Shown piece by piece: positions 43,377 to 51,967 of a stretch of DNA of 51,967 nt. Origin of the DNA: an uncultured Gammaproteobacteria bacterium. GTDB lineage: Bacteria > Patescibacteriota > Microgenomatia > Levybacterales > UBA12049. Numbering within the stretch: the stretch's first letter is position 1; each line of letters begins with the position of its first letter. The translations under genes were made by a program, and so were the position numbers. The notes under the pieces were generated by a model. That model worked only from the letters and a program-made list of their open reading frames with translations, did no database searches and was not told the origin of the DNA. The DNA lies in the NCBI GenBank assembly GCA_964571255.1, contig CAZNAA010000001.1, positions 82,167 through 134,133 on the forward strand. Reading direction: 5' to 3'.

Positions 43377-43766
43377 ATGCATACAATCACTATTTTTGTT
43401 GAAAGTCGATATAAAGTTAATCGCAAGAAAATCAAACAAGCAATTGAGGAAGTTCTTCTGGAAAATGGTATTCAAACTCCTTGTGAAGTGAATGTGGCTA
43501 TTGTGGGAGATAGGAAGATGAAATTTCTCAATGAAACGTACCGAAAGAAAGAAGGAAGTACTAATGTATTGTCTTTTGTGGCCTCAGAAGGAGAGCAACT
43601 TCCTCAGTCTGTTGCCGGGATGGAAAATAAGTTGGGAGACATTGTTGTTTCCTATCCAAAAGTCATTATGGAAGCAGCAGAAGATGAGGTATTAGTTGAC
43701 GAGAAAGTAGATGAGTTAATAAGACATTCTATGCTTCATCTATTAGGACTACATCACGAAGAATAA
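43377..43766 (+). CDS. ybeY: rRNA maturation endoribonuclease YbeY
   Basis: Has TNVLSF and the zinc motif HSMLHLLGLHH. Confidence 0.88.
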   Translation: MHTITIFVESRYKVNRKKIKQAIEEVLLENGIQTPCEVNVAIVGDRKMKFLNETYRKKEGSTNVLSFVASEGEQLPQSVAGMENKLGDIVVSYPKVIMEAAEDEVLVDEKVDELIRHSMLHLLGLHHEE

Positions 43767-43829
43767 GCCTCTATATTATTCCTATAAGGCCTTGGAGGAG
43801 AAAGGCTTTGCTGCTATGATGACTGCACT

Positions 43830-45347
43830 ATGGTGTACTATCTCAAATATCGTCCGCAAACCATTGACCAACTAGATAATTCACTTGTTCGTGAGAAACT
43901 TACTTCACTCCTTTCTTCTCAATCTTTCCCTCATGCATTTTTGTTCACCGGACCTAAAGGGCTTGGGAAAACTTCTAGTGCCCGAATTCTGGCCAAGGCG
44001 GTTAACTGCATGGAGAAAAAAGAAGGAACAGTTGAACCATGTAATCTGTGTGGTATTTGTACCTCAATAACCAATGGGTCATGTATTGATGTCATTGAAA
44101 TTGATGCAGCCTCAAATCGGGGAATTGACGAGATACGGGAGTTAAAAGAAACGATTCGTCTCACTCCTTCTCAAACAAAAAAGAAAATCTACATTATTGA
44201 TGAAGTCCATATGTTAACAACAGAAGCTTTTAATGCACTATTAAAAACTCTTGAGGAACCTCCAGGACACGCATTATTTGTTCTTTGTACAACAGAGGTG
44301 CATAAAGTACCAGAAACAATTCTTTCTCGGTGTTGTCATATTGCCTTTTCAAAAGCCACAAAAGAGGAACTTCTTCGCTCATTTAATCGAATCGTCACTG
44401 GCGAAAAAATAAAAATAACCCCAGAGGCACTTGATTTAATTGCTAAATTTTCAGACGGAGGATTTCGAGACGGAACAAAACTTTTAGAAGAAGCAGTAGC
44501 CTTTAGTGGAAAAGGAGAAATAACGCCTGAAAAAATTGAGCAGCAATTACATATGGGTTCTTTTGCCTTACTTCGAGATGAACTAATTCAGTCCTTTTTA
44601 ACAAAAGATGTTACGAAGGCATTGAACGTGTGTAAGCAAATTGAAGCGAGTGATATGGATGTACGGTTTTTTATGACTGAGTTACTAGAAAAACTCCATA
44701 CGCTTCTTTTGGTAAAGATTGGAATAGAAAAGAGTGATGAAGCAGAAGATACAAACGCATCGATTGGTGAGCTAACCAGTCTTTTGGAGTTGATTTCAAA
44801 ATCCACTGCTGAAGTGCGATTTTCTTATCTGCCTCTCTTGCCTTTGGAGTTAGCTATAGTCAGTTGGTGTGAAGAGAAAGGCGAAACTCTAACACCTTCT
44901 ATAAAGACAGAGGAGATAAAAGTAGTCGGGAAGACAGATACAGGAAGTATTACCGTTACGTCTCTAAAAAAAGAAATTGGAGAAATAGAAAAGAAAAAAG
45001 CTCTGTATGGAGAGGAAGAAGTAGTGAAAGAAGAATCAGCTGATTCAAAGGTGACAAAAATGGAAATTCATAATGCACCCAACGGAGGAGAGGTAACACA
45101 GGAGTGGCTTAACACATTTTGGAAATCTCTTATTAATGAAGTGAATAAGATAAATAGAAAACTTGCTGGAGTATTAAGAGGATGTGCTATCTCAGCATAC
45201 AGCTCTGATGGCTTAATCATCCAAGCATCTCACTCATTTCACAAAGAGCAACTTGATCAATCACAAATGATGGAAATTTTGATTGAGACTACTAAGATCT
45301 TAGTAGGAAAACCAATAAAGGTAGAAGTAGTACTCAGAGGAAATTGA
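43830..45347 (+). CDS. dnaX: DNA polymerase III subunit gamma/tau
   Basis: Has KYRPQT, FTGPKGLGKTSSARILAKAVNC, a Cys zinc module, the DEVHML Walker B, and the SRC motif. Confidence 0.9.
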   Translation: MVYYLKYRPQTIDQLDNSLVREKLTSLLSSQSFPHAFLFTGPKGLGKTSSARILAKAVNCMEKKEGTVEPCNLCGICTSITNGSCIDVIEIDAASNRGIDEIRELKETIRLTPSQTKKKIYIIDEVHMLTTEAFNALLKTLEEPPGHALFVLCTTEVHKVPETILSRCCHIAFSKATKEELLRSFNRIVTGEKIKITPEALDLIAKFSDGGFRDGTKLLEEAVAFSGKGEITPEKIEQQLHMGSFALLRDELIQSFLTKDVTKALNVCKQIEASDMDVRFFMTELLEKLHTLLLVKIGIEKSDEAEDTNASIGELTSLLELISKSTAEVRFSYLPLLPLELAIVSWCEEKGETLTPSIKTEEIKVVGKTDTGSITVTSLKKEIGEIEKKKALYGEEEVVKEESADSKVTKMEIHNAPNGGEVTQEWLNTFWKSLINEVNKINRKLAGVLRGCAISAYSSDGLIIQASHSFHKEQLDQSQMMEILIETTKILVGKPIKVEVVLRGN

Positions 45348-45400
45348 TCTAGTAAGACATCTTGACGAAGAATTAAGTAAAGACATATCATAGTTTTCCT

Positions 45401-45658
45401 ATGCCATCTCCAGAAAGTAGTATTCCACAACTAGATCAGAAAACAGTCATACCGCAAGAAAAAGAACCACACCCAAGACCAGGAAGAAGTAGGACAGAAA
45501 TACTAGGATACTTTGGAGCCAATGCAAGAAGATTTCCTTGGCTTTTTACAGAAGAATATGCTCATATTCTTGAGGAGATAGTATCTCAAGGTGAAAAGAA
45601 AATTGTCCCTGAAGATAATAATAATGCCCCTAGACAAACTTCTCCTTCAGAGGAGTAA
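45401..45658 (+). CDS. hypothetical small protein
   Basis: 85-aa ORF in the gap between dnaX and the NUDIX gene, with no recognisable motif. Confidence 0.35.
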   Translation: MPSPESSIPQLDQKTVIPQEKEPHPRPGRSRTEILGYFGANARRFPWLFTEEYAHILEEIVSQGEKKIVPEDNNNAPRQTSPSEE

Positions 45659-45676
45659 ATCTGCTATTATTACCCT

Positions 45677-46144
45677 ATGGCAGAAAGACAAATTTCACAT
45701 TTAGCCGCATATTTAATTCTTATAAAGAATGATTCTATTCTTTTTCTTAGGCGATTTAACACTGGCTGGAAGGACGGATGGTATACTCCTCCGTCAGGAC
45801 ATGTAGATGATGGAGAAAGTATTATTACTTCTATGGCACGAGAAGCTAAAGAAGAATGTGGAGTTAGAGTAAAAGAGAAGGATTTAGAGATGATTCATGT
45901 TCTTCATGTTACTACGAATAAAGACTATATTTCTTTTTTCTTTAAAGCAGAAGAGTGGGAAGGGGAACCTTCTTTGGTAGAACCTGAGAAGAGTGATGAT
46001 ATGCAGTGGTTTCCTCTCAATAACCTTCCTGAAAAAACGTTACCTTTTATCAAATCCGTGCTAGAACACTATAACGAAGGAAAAATATTCTCAGAAATGA
46101 GATATTTTGATCCTGAGGAAGAAAATGAAGGAGGTGAAAAATAA
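45677..46144 (+). CDS. NUDIX hydrolase
   Basis: Nudix box GHVDDGESIITSMAREAKEECGV. Confidence 0.8.
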   Translation: MAERQISHLAAYLILIKNDSILFLRRFNTGWKDGWYTPPSGHVDDGESIITSMAREAKEECGVRVKEKDLEMIHVLHVTTNKDYISFFFKAEEWEGEPSLVEPEKSDDMQWFPLNNLPEKTLPFIKSVLEHYNEGKIFSEMRYFDPEEENEGGEK

Positions 46145-46441
46145 ATGATGAATCCATTTGGACAATTAGGTGAGTTAAAAAAAATGAGAGATCAAGCTCT
46201 CATGATTCAGCGCCAACTAGAAGCAGAAATTTTAAACGTAAATCATCGAGGAATTGATGTTGAGATTAATGGAGCACAAAAAATTCTTGATGTAAAAAAT
46301 TACGAAAATAAGTCAGCACGTGACTTGTGTGAAGCTTTAAACGAAGCAATTAAAAAATCTCAAGAATTGGCTGCAAAAAAACTTCAGTCAATGGCTGGAG
46401 GCTTAGGTGGACTGGGTAGTTTGATGGGAGGAGGAAAGTAA
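46145..46441 (+). CDS. ybaB: YbaB/EbfC-family nucleoid-associated protein
   Basis: The size, the LKKMRDQALMIQRQLEAE...V.I.G..KI.DV pattern and a Gly-rich tail fit the family. It lies between dnaX and recR, though the usual dnaX-ybaB-recR neighbourhood is interrupted here by three intervening genes. Confidence 0.85.
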   Translation: MMNPFGQLGELKKMRDQALMIQRQLEAEILNVNHRGIDVEINGAQKILDVKNYENKSARDLCEALNEAIKKSQELAAKKLQSMAGGLGGLGSLMGGGK

Positions 46442-46488
46442 GTTTTCTTCTTCTTGCTAGTTTGTTGTAACTTCGATAGGATAGCTAT

Positions 46489-47394
46489 ATGAAGATTTTT
46501 AGTGGTTCCTCAAACCTTGAATTAGCAGAAAGCCTTGCTAAAAAACTCAATATATCTTTGTCTCCTCGGGAAATCTTTCTTTTTCCTGATGGAGAGCGAA
46601 GAGTATATGTTGAGGAAGAAGTAGTAGGGGATGACTGTGTTGTTGTTCAGTCAACCACTCCACCAGTTGATGAAAATTATATGGAGCTATTCTTCCTCAT
46701 TGATGCCCTTACTTCCTCTGGTGCGAAAAGTGTCACCGTAGTTATGCCCTATATTGGCTATCAAAGACAGGACCATATTTTTCGAGTAGGAGAATCAGCT
46801 TCTCTTCGAGTCGTTTTGACTATTCTTGAAACATTAAAGATAGATAAGATTCTTTTTGTTGACCCTCATACCATTAAAGTCTCTGACATGCTTACTATTC
46901 CCTCAGTCTCTCTCTCAGCTCTTCCTTTATTTGCTGAAGAGATTTTGAAAAAAGGATGGAGTAAGGAAGACACGGTTCTTGTTTCACCTGATATGGGAGG
47001 AATTAGAAGAATTCGAATCATGTCCGAACTCGTGGACGGGATGGAATACGTGACAATTGAAAAGAATAGAGATTTAGCTACTGGAAACATTGAAGCGCAT
47101 CATTTTGACGGAATAGTGAAGAAAAGATGCCTGCTCGTTGATGATATGATTTCCAGTGGAAAATCCATGGTGCAAGCAGCTAACCTGATGCTTGAGAACG
47201 GAGCTGAGGAAGTCCACGCGTTTGTAACACATGCGATTTTCTCATCAGAAGCTCCAAAATTACTGCAAGATTCCTCAATCAGTACAGTAAACGTAACGGA
47301 TAGTGTTTTTCTTCCTGAAGAGAAACGATTTGAAAAACTCCATATTCATTCTTTAGCAGAACTTCTTTCTAAAGAGCTACACCTTGAAGCATAA
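46489..47394 (+). CDS. prs: ribose-phosphate pyrophosphokinase
   Basis: Has MKIFSGSSNLELA, YIGYQRQD, and the PRPP-binding loop LLVDDMISSGKS. Confidence 0.9.
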   Translation: MKIFSGSSNLELAESLAKKLNISLSPREIFLFPDGERRVYVEEEVVGDDCVVVQSTTPPVDENYMELFFLIDALTSSGAKSVTVVMPYIGYQRQDHIFRVGESASLRVVLTILETLKIDKILFVDPHTIKVSDMLTIPSVSLSALPLFAEEILKKGWSKEDTVLVSPDMGGIRRIRIMSELVDGMEYVTIEKNRDLATGNIEAHHFDGIVKKRCLLVDDMISSGKSMVQAANLMLENGAEEVHAFVTHAIFSSEAPKLLQDSSISTVNVTDSVFLPEEKRFEKLHIHSLAELLSKELHLEA

Positions 47395-47402
47395 TCTCTT
47401 AT

Positions 47403-48005
47403 ATGAAAATTCCCTTGGCTATTCAACAAGTAGTAGATGTATTTGAACGACTTCCAGGAGTTGGTCCAAAAACAGCCCAACGTCTTACCTTTTATCTCTT
47501 GCATGTTCCTCAATCAGAGCTTGATAAAATGGCACAGGCTTTCTCTAGTCTACGAAAAGGAACAACGATTTGTCATATTTGCTTTACCGTTGATGAAACT
47601 GACCCGTGTAGTATCTGTAGTGATGACAGACGAGACAAAACACTTATCTGTGTTGTGGAAGAGCCACTGGATGTATTGGCAGTTGAGAAAAGTGGATCGT
47701 ATAAAGGGGTATACCACGTACTTCATGGAAGAATTGATCCTTTAAATAATATTGGACCAGACGAGATTTATATTTCTCCTCTCATAAATCGTATAAAAAA
47801 TGGAGGAATTACTGAAGTGATTCTAGCAACGAATCCAACTATGGAAGGGGAAGCAACGGCCATGTATTTAGCCAAGCAGCTAAAAAATCTTTCTATGGAA
47901 GTAAAGATTACTCGTATTGGACGGGGACTTCCGATTGGAGCAGACTTAGAATATGCCGATAGTAGTACCCTTGATCGGGCACTCATTGGGAGACAAGACT
48001 ATTAA
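47403..48005 (+). CDS. recR: recombination protein RecR
   Basis: HhH motif LPGVGPKTAQRL, a C4 zinc finger (CHIC...CSIC), and a Toprim region LATNPTMEGEATA. Confidence 0.93.
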   Translation: MKIPLAIQQVVDVFERLPGVGPKTAQRLTFYLLHVPQSELDKMAQAFSSLRKGTTICHICFTVDETDPCSICSDDRRDKTLICVVEEPLDVLAVEKSGSYKGVYHVLHGRIDPLNNIGPDEIYISPLINRIKNGGITEVILATNPTMEGEATAMYLAKQLKNLSMEVKITRIGRGLPIGADLEYADSSTLDRALIGRQDY

Positions 48006-48038
48006 CTACAAAGAAGTTTGATGCTGTATGATTAAGAT

Positions 48039-48569
48039 ATGGCAAGTTTTGGAAGTCTTAGTCAAAATCCCTTTGAAACTGCGTGGGAGCAAGGAAAAAG
48101 TGTAGGACGAACGGTTGGAAAAACAGTCCAGCAACAATCAAAACAATGGAGTTCAATGGCAAATGGCCAAGTCTTAGGAACTCTTGTATCCACTGATCCT
48201 CGAGTGGATAGTTCTCCACAAAATGCCAAAGATTTCCAGCAAGAACTCCAAGGACAGAAAAAACCAACGCAAGCTGCTTCTCTTTCAGACCCATTTGGCA
48301 TGCAAAATCATCAACAGACTCAAGTAAAACTGGCTGATACTAGAGCCAAGCTACAACTTCTCAAGCAGCAACATACGGCAACCTATTTTAATCCTACCTT
48401 TAATAGTCGGAAGCATGAAGTAGCGCAGCAGCAAGAAGAGCAAAAGAAAGTACAAGAGCAGCGAGTAGATTTTGCTAAAAAAGAAGAGGAAAAGAGAAAG
48501 AAGTTTAACTTTAACGCTTTAACCCAATCTACACATAGAACAGAAACCTTTAGAGGTGCTTCTGGATAG
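48039..48569 (+). CDS. hypothetical Gln/Lys-rich protein
   Basis: 176-aa low-complexity polar ORF with host-like composition. Confidence 0.45.
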   Translation: MASFGSLSQNPFETAWEQGKSVGRTVGKTVQQQSKQWSSMANGQVLGTLVSTDPRVDSSPQNAKDFQQELQGQKKPTQAASLSDPFGMQNHQQTQVKLADTRAKLQLLKQQHTATYFNPTFNSRKHEVAQQQEEQKKVQEQRVDFAKKEEEKRKKFNFNALTQSTHRTETFRGASG

Positions 48570-48579
48570 GTCTTATAGT

Positions 48580-48608
48580 TTGCATTTCTCTCTTCTCAGG
48601 CGTATAAT
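48580..48608 (+). promoter_or_regulatory. consensus-like sigma70 promoter (TTGCAT-17-TATAAT) about 210 nt upstream of the foreign cassette
   Basis: TTGCAT at 48580..48585, a 17-nt spacer, and TATAAT at 48603..48608. Confidence 0.55.
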
Positions 48609-48818
48609 CCATCTTAGTTTTAGGCTTGAACTGTTTCTAATTGCAGAAGTTTAGTAGAACCTAAAATAGTTTAATTCTCTTGCACATTAATAGTTGTGGA
48701 AAATATTCTTTTGCTTTCTTTTGAAGCAAGGTAATAGGGAAGGAATTTCTTCTTTTTCTCTTGCCGTGCTTCAGAGCCTACCGGGAGTCCGGATAGGTCA
48801 AGAAGCGAAGGAGGAACA

Positions 48819-49334
48819 ATGATAGAGTTTGACATCTCCTTGTACCGTCTAATTATTGCCTTCAGGAAAGCTAACACCAACCTAATGGCGCGAAGGATCA
48901 ATGCACAGTCGATTACCGCTCTCAAAGGGTTGGATATCGACAAAGATCAGATCAAGAAGGTGCTTGAGGCAATCGTGCCAAAGGATCTGTTCGAGGCGTT
49001 AACTATCTTCGCCAACTTCGACATCCTTCTTGGCAAAGAATCCGATCAGCTGGTTAAGCGACAGCCGGACTACCGGGCGCTTGACGACGATCTGGCTATT
49101 GTCTTCTATATTGCCTCGGCGGAAGTCGTGGTGATGGAGGCACTGGTTCCGGTTCTTTACACCCATGGTAGGCAAATCGCATGGGCGTTCGTCCAGACCT
49201 TAGAAGAAAAGGAGCTGACTTTGTTCGCGAGTCTCTACATGCCAAATTCCAATGTGAGCTGGGGACCAAGGCGTGCGAAGATCAAGGAGCTCAAGTTGCC
49301 CAAGCTCAAGGAGGTAGGCTTGGAAGCTAACTAG
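48819..49334 (+). CDS. hypothetical protein A of a GC-anomalous two-gene cassette
   Basis: 171-aa ORF with the SD GGAGG 5 nt upstream of the ATG. Its G+C and codon choice (CGN Arg, GCG, CTC) are unlike the neighbouring genes. It looks helix-rich and has no recognised motif. Confidence 0.6.
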   Translation: MIEFDISLYRLIIAFRKANTNLMARRINAQSITALKGLDIDKDQIKKVLEAIVPKDLFEALTIFANFDILLGKESDQLVKRQPDYRALDDDLAIVFYIASAEVVVMEALVPVLYTHGRQIAWAFVQTLEEKELTLFASLYMPNSNVSWGPRRAKIKELKLPKLKEVGLEAN

Positions 49335-49356
49335 CAGAAAGGCAGAAGGGATCAAT

Positions 49357-49815
49357 ATGCTCGTTAGTCAGCGAACAGGTCTAGGGACAGGTATCCTCGT
49401 TGGAATTGCTCTCGTACGTGGAATCCGTTTCTATCGGTGGCATGTGGCTTATCTACGCAACTTCGAGTTGCAAAGCCAACAGCTTCGACAGCGCAGGAAG
49501 CGACCTCTCACTGCAACGGAGCGTCAGACTAGGATCAATGAGTTCCCACAAACAATGGATCAACTGCGGACACGCGAACAGCGCGAGGCAGTTGAAGCTT
49601 TCATCGACCTGATGACGTGGGTGATCGAAGATAACATTCTCCCACGTCGTCTCCAGTCCATGAACACTGTCAACCTCTTTAGCACTATTGGGTGGGATGC
49701 GATGTTCGTGTTCCTCAATGGTGTTAAGGAACACGGAAGGCAACACGGATATACTGCCCAGTATGCCCGTGATCCAAATACGAATGAGATCTATCTCCAT
49801 TTCTCCTACAACTAG
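49357..49815 (+). CDS. hypothetical protein B of the GC-anomalous cassette (N-terminal TM helix, Arg/Gln-rich segment)
   Basis: 152-aa ORF starting 22 nt after ORF A. It has an AAGGGA SD-like element, an N-terminal hydrophobic segment GLGTGILVGIALV, and then QSQQLRQRRKRPLTATERQTR. It is followed by a GC-rich hairpin. Confidence 0.6.
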   Translation: MLVSQRTGLGTGILVGIALVRGIRFYRWHVAYLRNFELQSQQLRQRRKRPLTATERQTRINEFPQTMDQLRTREQREAVEAFIDLMTWVIEDNILPRRLQSMNTVNLFSTIGWDAMFVFLNGVKEHGRQHGYTAQYARDPNTNEIYLHFSYN

Positions 49816-49826
49816 CAAGAGAAGGT

Positions 49827-49867
49827 GTCCCGCTGCATTACGCAGCGGGGCGCCAATCTCTTTTTTT
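49827..49867 (+). terminator. GC-rich stem-loop plus T-run ending the cassette
   Basis: GTCCCGCTGC (49827..49836) pairs with GCAGCGGGGC (42..51) around the loop ATTAC. The T-run at 49861..49867 starts about 9 nt after the stem, which is longer than ideal. Confidence 0.5.
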
Positions 49868-49930
49868 CTTTCTAAATTGTTTCCTCATACTAGTAATTAT
49901 GGTAAAATGCCACTATTGCTCTAATTTAAA

Positions 49931-51325
49931 ATGCTTACCCTTTATAATTCCCTTACACGCTCAATTGAAAACTTTACACCATTAACTCCACCTCACGTTG
50001 GAGTCTATACCTGTGGACCAACGGTGTATAGCTTTAACCATATCGGAAACTTTCGGACCTATATGCTTGGAGACTTAATTGTTCGTACGCTTCAACTTAC
50101 TGGGTTTGAAACAACGTATATCATGAATTTTACTGATGTAGGACATTTGACTGGAGACAATTCGGGAAATGCCGATTTGGGAGAAGATCGAATGGAATCA
50201 GCTGCAACAAAAGAAGGAAAAACAGTCTGGGAAGTATCACAATTTTATATTGATGCTTTTTTAGAGGATTTTGAGAATTTAAATATGCAACCTCCTACGC
50301 AATTTGTCAAAGCAACTGATCTTATTCCAGAACAAATTGAACTTATTGAGCGTCTTGAAAAAAAAGGCTTTACCTACCAAACAACGGACGGAATCTATTA
50401 CGATACCTCAAAATTCCCAACATATGGCCAACTCTCCTCACTTGATCAAATCAAAGAAGGAGCTAGAGTTGAGATAAATCCTGAAAAAAAGACTCCACGA
50501 GATTTTGCACTGTGGAAGTTTTCTACTCCTTCAGAAAAAAGGCAAATGGAATGGGAGAGTCCATGGGGAGTAGGATTTCCGGGATGGCATATTGAGTGTT
50601 CTGCCATGAGTATGAAGTATTTGGGGGAGTCATTTGATATTCATACTGGAGGAATGGATTTAAAAGAAACGCATCACCCAAATGAAATTGCTCAATCAGA
50701 AGCCGTAACGGGGAAAAAGTTTGTGAACTATTGGATGCATGGAGCGTTTCTTCTCGTTAATGGAGAAAAGATGAGTAAGTCAAAAGGAAATGTGTATCGA
50801 ATTTATGATCTAGTAAAACAAGGATATGATCCTCTTGCCGTCCGGTATTTATATCTCCAAACGCATTATCGGCAAGAAATGAATTTCACTTTTCCAGGAC
50901 TTGATGCAGCCCAAAATGCGCTGAATCACTTGCGATCTGATATGCTCACTCTTTCACCTAGTGAAGCAGTGAATGAGGAATACTTACAAAAGTTTTTAGA
51001 TTCTCTCTCAGATGATCTCAATACCCCTCAAGCATTATCAGTTGTTTGGGAAATGATGAAATCAGATATTCCTGCTGGTGAGAAACTCATGACTCTTTTT
51101 GAAATGGATAAAGTGTTAGGATTTAATTTGAAAGAATACTTCGAAACAGTGGGGAAGAAACTGGCTGAGCCCATCCCTCAAGAAGTACTGGATTTAGTCG
51201 AGGAGAGACGACTTCATCGAAAAGCAAAACAATATGTTGCTGCAGATCATATTCGAAATAAAATCAAAAAGTTAGGGTATGATATTGTTGATGATGGAAA
51301 AGGTACTCAAGTAAAAAAACTATAA
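49931..51325 (+). CDS. cysS: cysteine--tRNA ligase
   Basis: Class I motifs HIGN (NHIGNFRTY) and KMSKS, plus the zinc-site GWHIECS. Confidence 0.95.
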   Translation: MLTLYNSLTRSIENFTPLTPPHVGVYTCGPTVYSFNHIGNFRTYMLGDLIVRTLQLTGFETTYIMNFTDVGHLTGDNSGNADLGEDRMESAATKEGKTVWEVSQFYIDAFLEDFENLNMQPPTQFVKATDLIPEQIELIERLEKKGFTYQTTDGIYYDTSKFPTYGQLSSLDQIKEGARVEINPEKKTPRDFALWKFSTPSEKRQMEWESPWGVGFPGWHIECSAMSMKYLGESFDIHTGGMDLKETHHPNEIAQSEAVTGKKFVNYWMHGAFLLVNGEKMSKSKGNVYRIYDLVKQGYDPLAVRYLYLQTHYRQEMNFTFPGLDAAQNALNHLRSDMLTLSPSEAVNEEYLQKFLDSLSDDLNTPQALSVVWEMMKSDIPAGEKLMTLFEMDKVLGFNLKEYFETVGKKLAEPIPQEVLDLVEERRLHRKAKQYVAADHIRNKIKKLGYDIVDDGKGTQVKKL

Positions 51326-51328
51326 CAT

Positions 51329-51967
51329 ATGATTCCTACACATATTGCATTTATCATGGATGGAAATAGAAGATGGGCGAAAAAGCGTCTTCTTCCGACT
51401 CTCTTTGGCCATAAAGAAGGAGCAAAAAGAATTGAACCCTTAGTAAAGTATGCCAAAGAAAAAGGCGTAAAGTATTTGACCTTTTGGGCCTTTTCAACAG
51501 AAAATTGGAAAAGGGACAAGGAGGAGGTAGAGTATCTTCTCAATCTTTTTCGGGAAGTACTAAAAGATCCGATGATGGACCGACTTCATGATGAAGGAGT
51601 CCAAATTCGAGTGATGGGAGATATCACTGCTTTTCCAGAAGATATTAGTCAAATTGTTGAGGATTTAGTGGAAAAGACGAAAGATAACAACACCTGTGTT
51701 GTAGTTTTGGCTCTTAACTATGGAGGACGAGCAGAGATATTAAAAGCAGTAAATTCACTACTTAAAGATAATGTAAAAGAAGTAACAAGTGAGATTTTTG
51801 AGTCCTATCTTGATACCACAGGAATTCCAGATCCTGATATGATTGTTCGAACTGGAGGAGAAAAGCGCCTCAGTGGTTACTTACCTTGGCAAGCCATCTA
51901 CAGTGAGCTTTATTTTTGTGATACGTACTGGCCAGATTTTACTGAGGAAGAATTTGATAAGGTACTA
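51329..51967 (+). CDS. uppS: undecaprenyl diphosphate synthase (3'-truncated by the window end)
   Basis: The ATG at 51329 opens MIPTHIAFIMDGNRRWAKKR...TFWAFSTENWKR...LNYGGR, and the frame stays open to position 51967. It is absent from the ORF track because it has no stop. Confidence 0.9.
   Translation, partial: MIPTHIAFIMDGNRRWAKKRLLPTLFGHKEGAKRIEPLVKYAKEKGVKYLTFWAFSTENWKRDKEEVEYLLNLFREVLKDPMMDRLHDEGVQIRVMGDITAFPEDISQIVEDLVEKTKDNNTCVVVLALNYGGRAEILKAVNSLLKDNVKEVTSEIFESYLDTTGIPDPDMIVRTGGEKRLSGYLPWQAIYSELYFCDTYWPDFTEEEFDKVL

Noticed and set aside
48671-48943. 90-aa minus-strand ORF bridging the cassette boundary
   Set aside because: Its N-terminal half is antisense to cassette ORF A, and its C-terminal half runs into the AT-rich leader. 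The mixed composition argues against a real gene, though I cannot exclude it without expression data.
49453-49818. 121-aa minus-strand ORF inside the GC-rich cassette
   Set aside because: Higher G+C lowers stop-codon frequency, so long antisense frames are expected. The + strand ORFs have SDs, tight spacing and a downstream hairpin, and this ORF has none of these.

Overview
This is a compact, low-GC window (about 40% G+C by hand counts on sampled lines). It has about 55 tightly packed CDSs and many 4-nt ATGA stop/start overlaps. I found no rRNA, tRNA, CRISPR array, transposase or integrase. The gene content points to a reduced-genome bacterium: short EF-Ts, ProRS without the INS domain, Pro/Thr-linker surface proteins, and metabolism limited to nucleotide and one-carbon reactions plus the oxidative pentose-phosphate pathway. 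A CPR/Patescibacteria origin is an inference, not shown by the sequence.

Layout:
- 1-6.7 kb: envelope and accessory cluster with two tandem Cys/His-rich paralogs, cupredoxin-like proteins and a GT39/ArnT-like membrane protein.
- 6.8-9.2 kb: a SAF-domain oxidoreductase and a DUF4038-like hydrolase.
- 9.4-20.5 kb: a thymidylate/folate/serine supercluster (dcd, tmk, dcd/dut-like, thyA, NUDIX, HIT, folA, serB-serA fusion, serC, glyA). It is interrupted by two toxin-antitoxin modules (AbrB-Doc, VapBC) and a truncated murI remnant.
- 20.5-23.7 kb: Ham1/ITPase, an archaeal-type adenylate-kinase-like protein and a 607-aa unknown.
- 23.8-27 kb: rpsB-tsf-frr-rseP.
- 27-31.6 kb: two large secreted proteins.
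- 31.6-35.7 kb: pgl, an unknown, zwf and gnd.
- About 36.75-38.5 kb: a well-formed T-box leader in front of a tRNA-binding-domain gene and proS.
- 38.5-41.8 kb: an accessory trio (possible ART-fold protein, Pro-rich membrane protein, FHA+HExxH protein).
- 41.8-48.6 kb: housekeeping genes (DHH, HIT, rpsU, ybeY, dnaX, NUDIX, ybaB, prs, recR).
- About 48.76-49.87 kb: a compositionally foreign two-gene cassette of unknown function.
- To the end of the window: cysS and the 5' part of uppS.

Best candidates for something new:
- the GC-anomalous two-gene cassette;
- the attenuator-like leader of the serine operon;
- the T-box in this lineage context;
- the Cys-pair repeat paralogs;
- the H-Y-E-like 248-aa protein.
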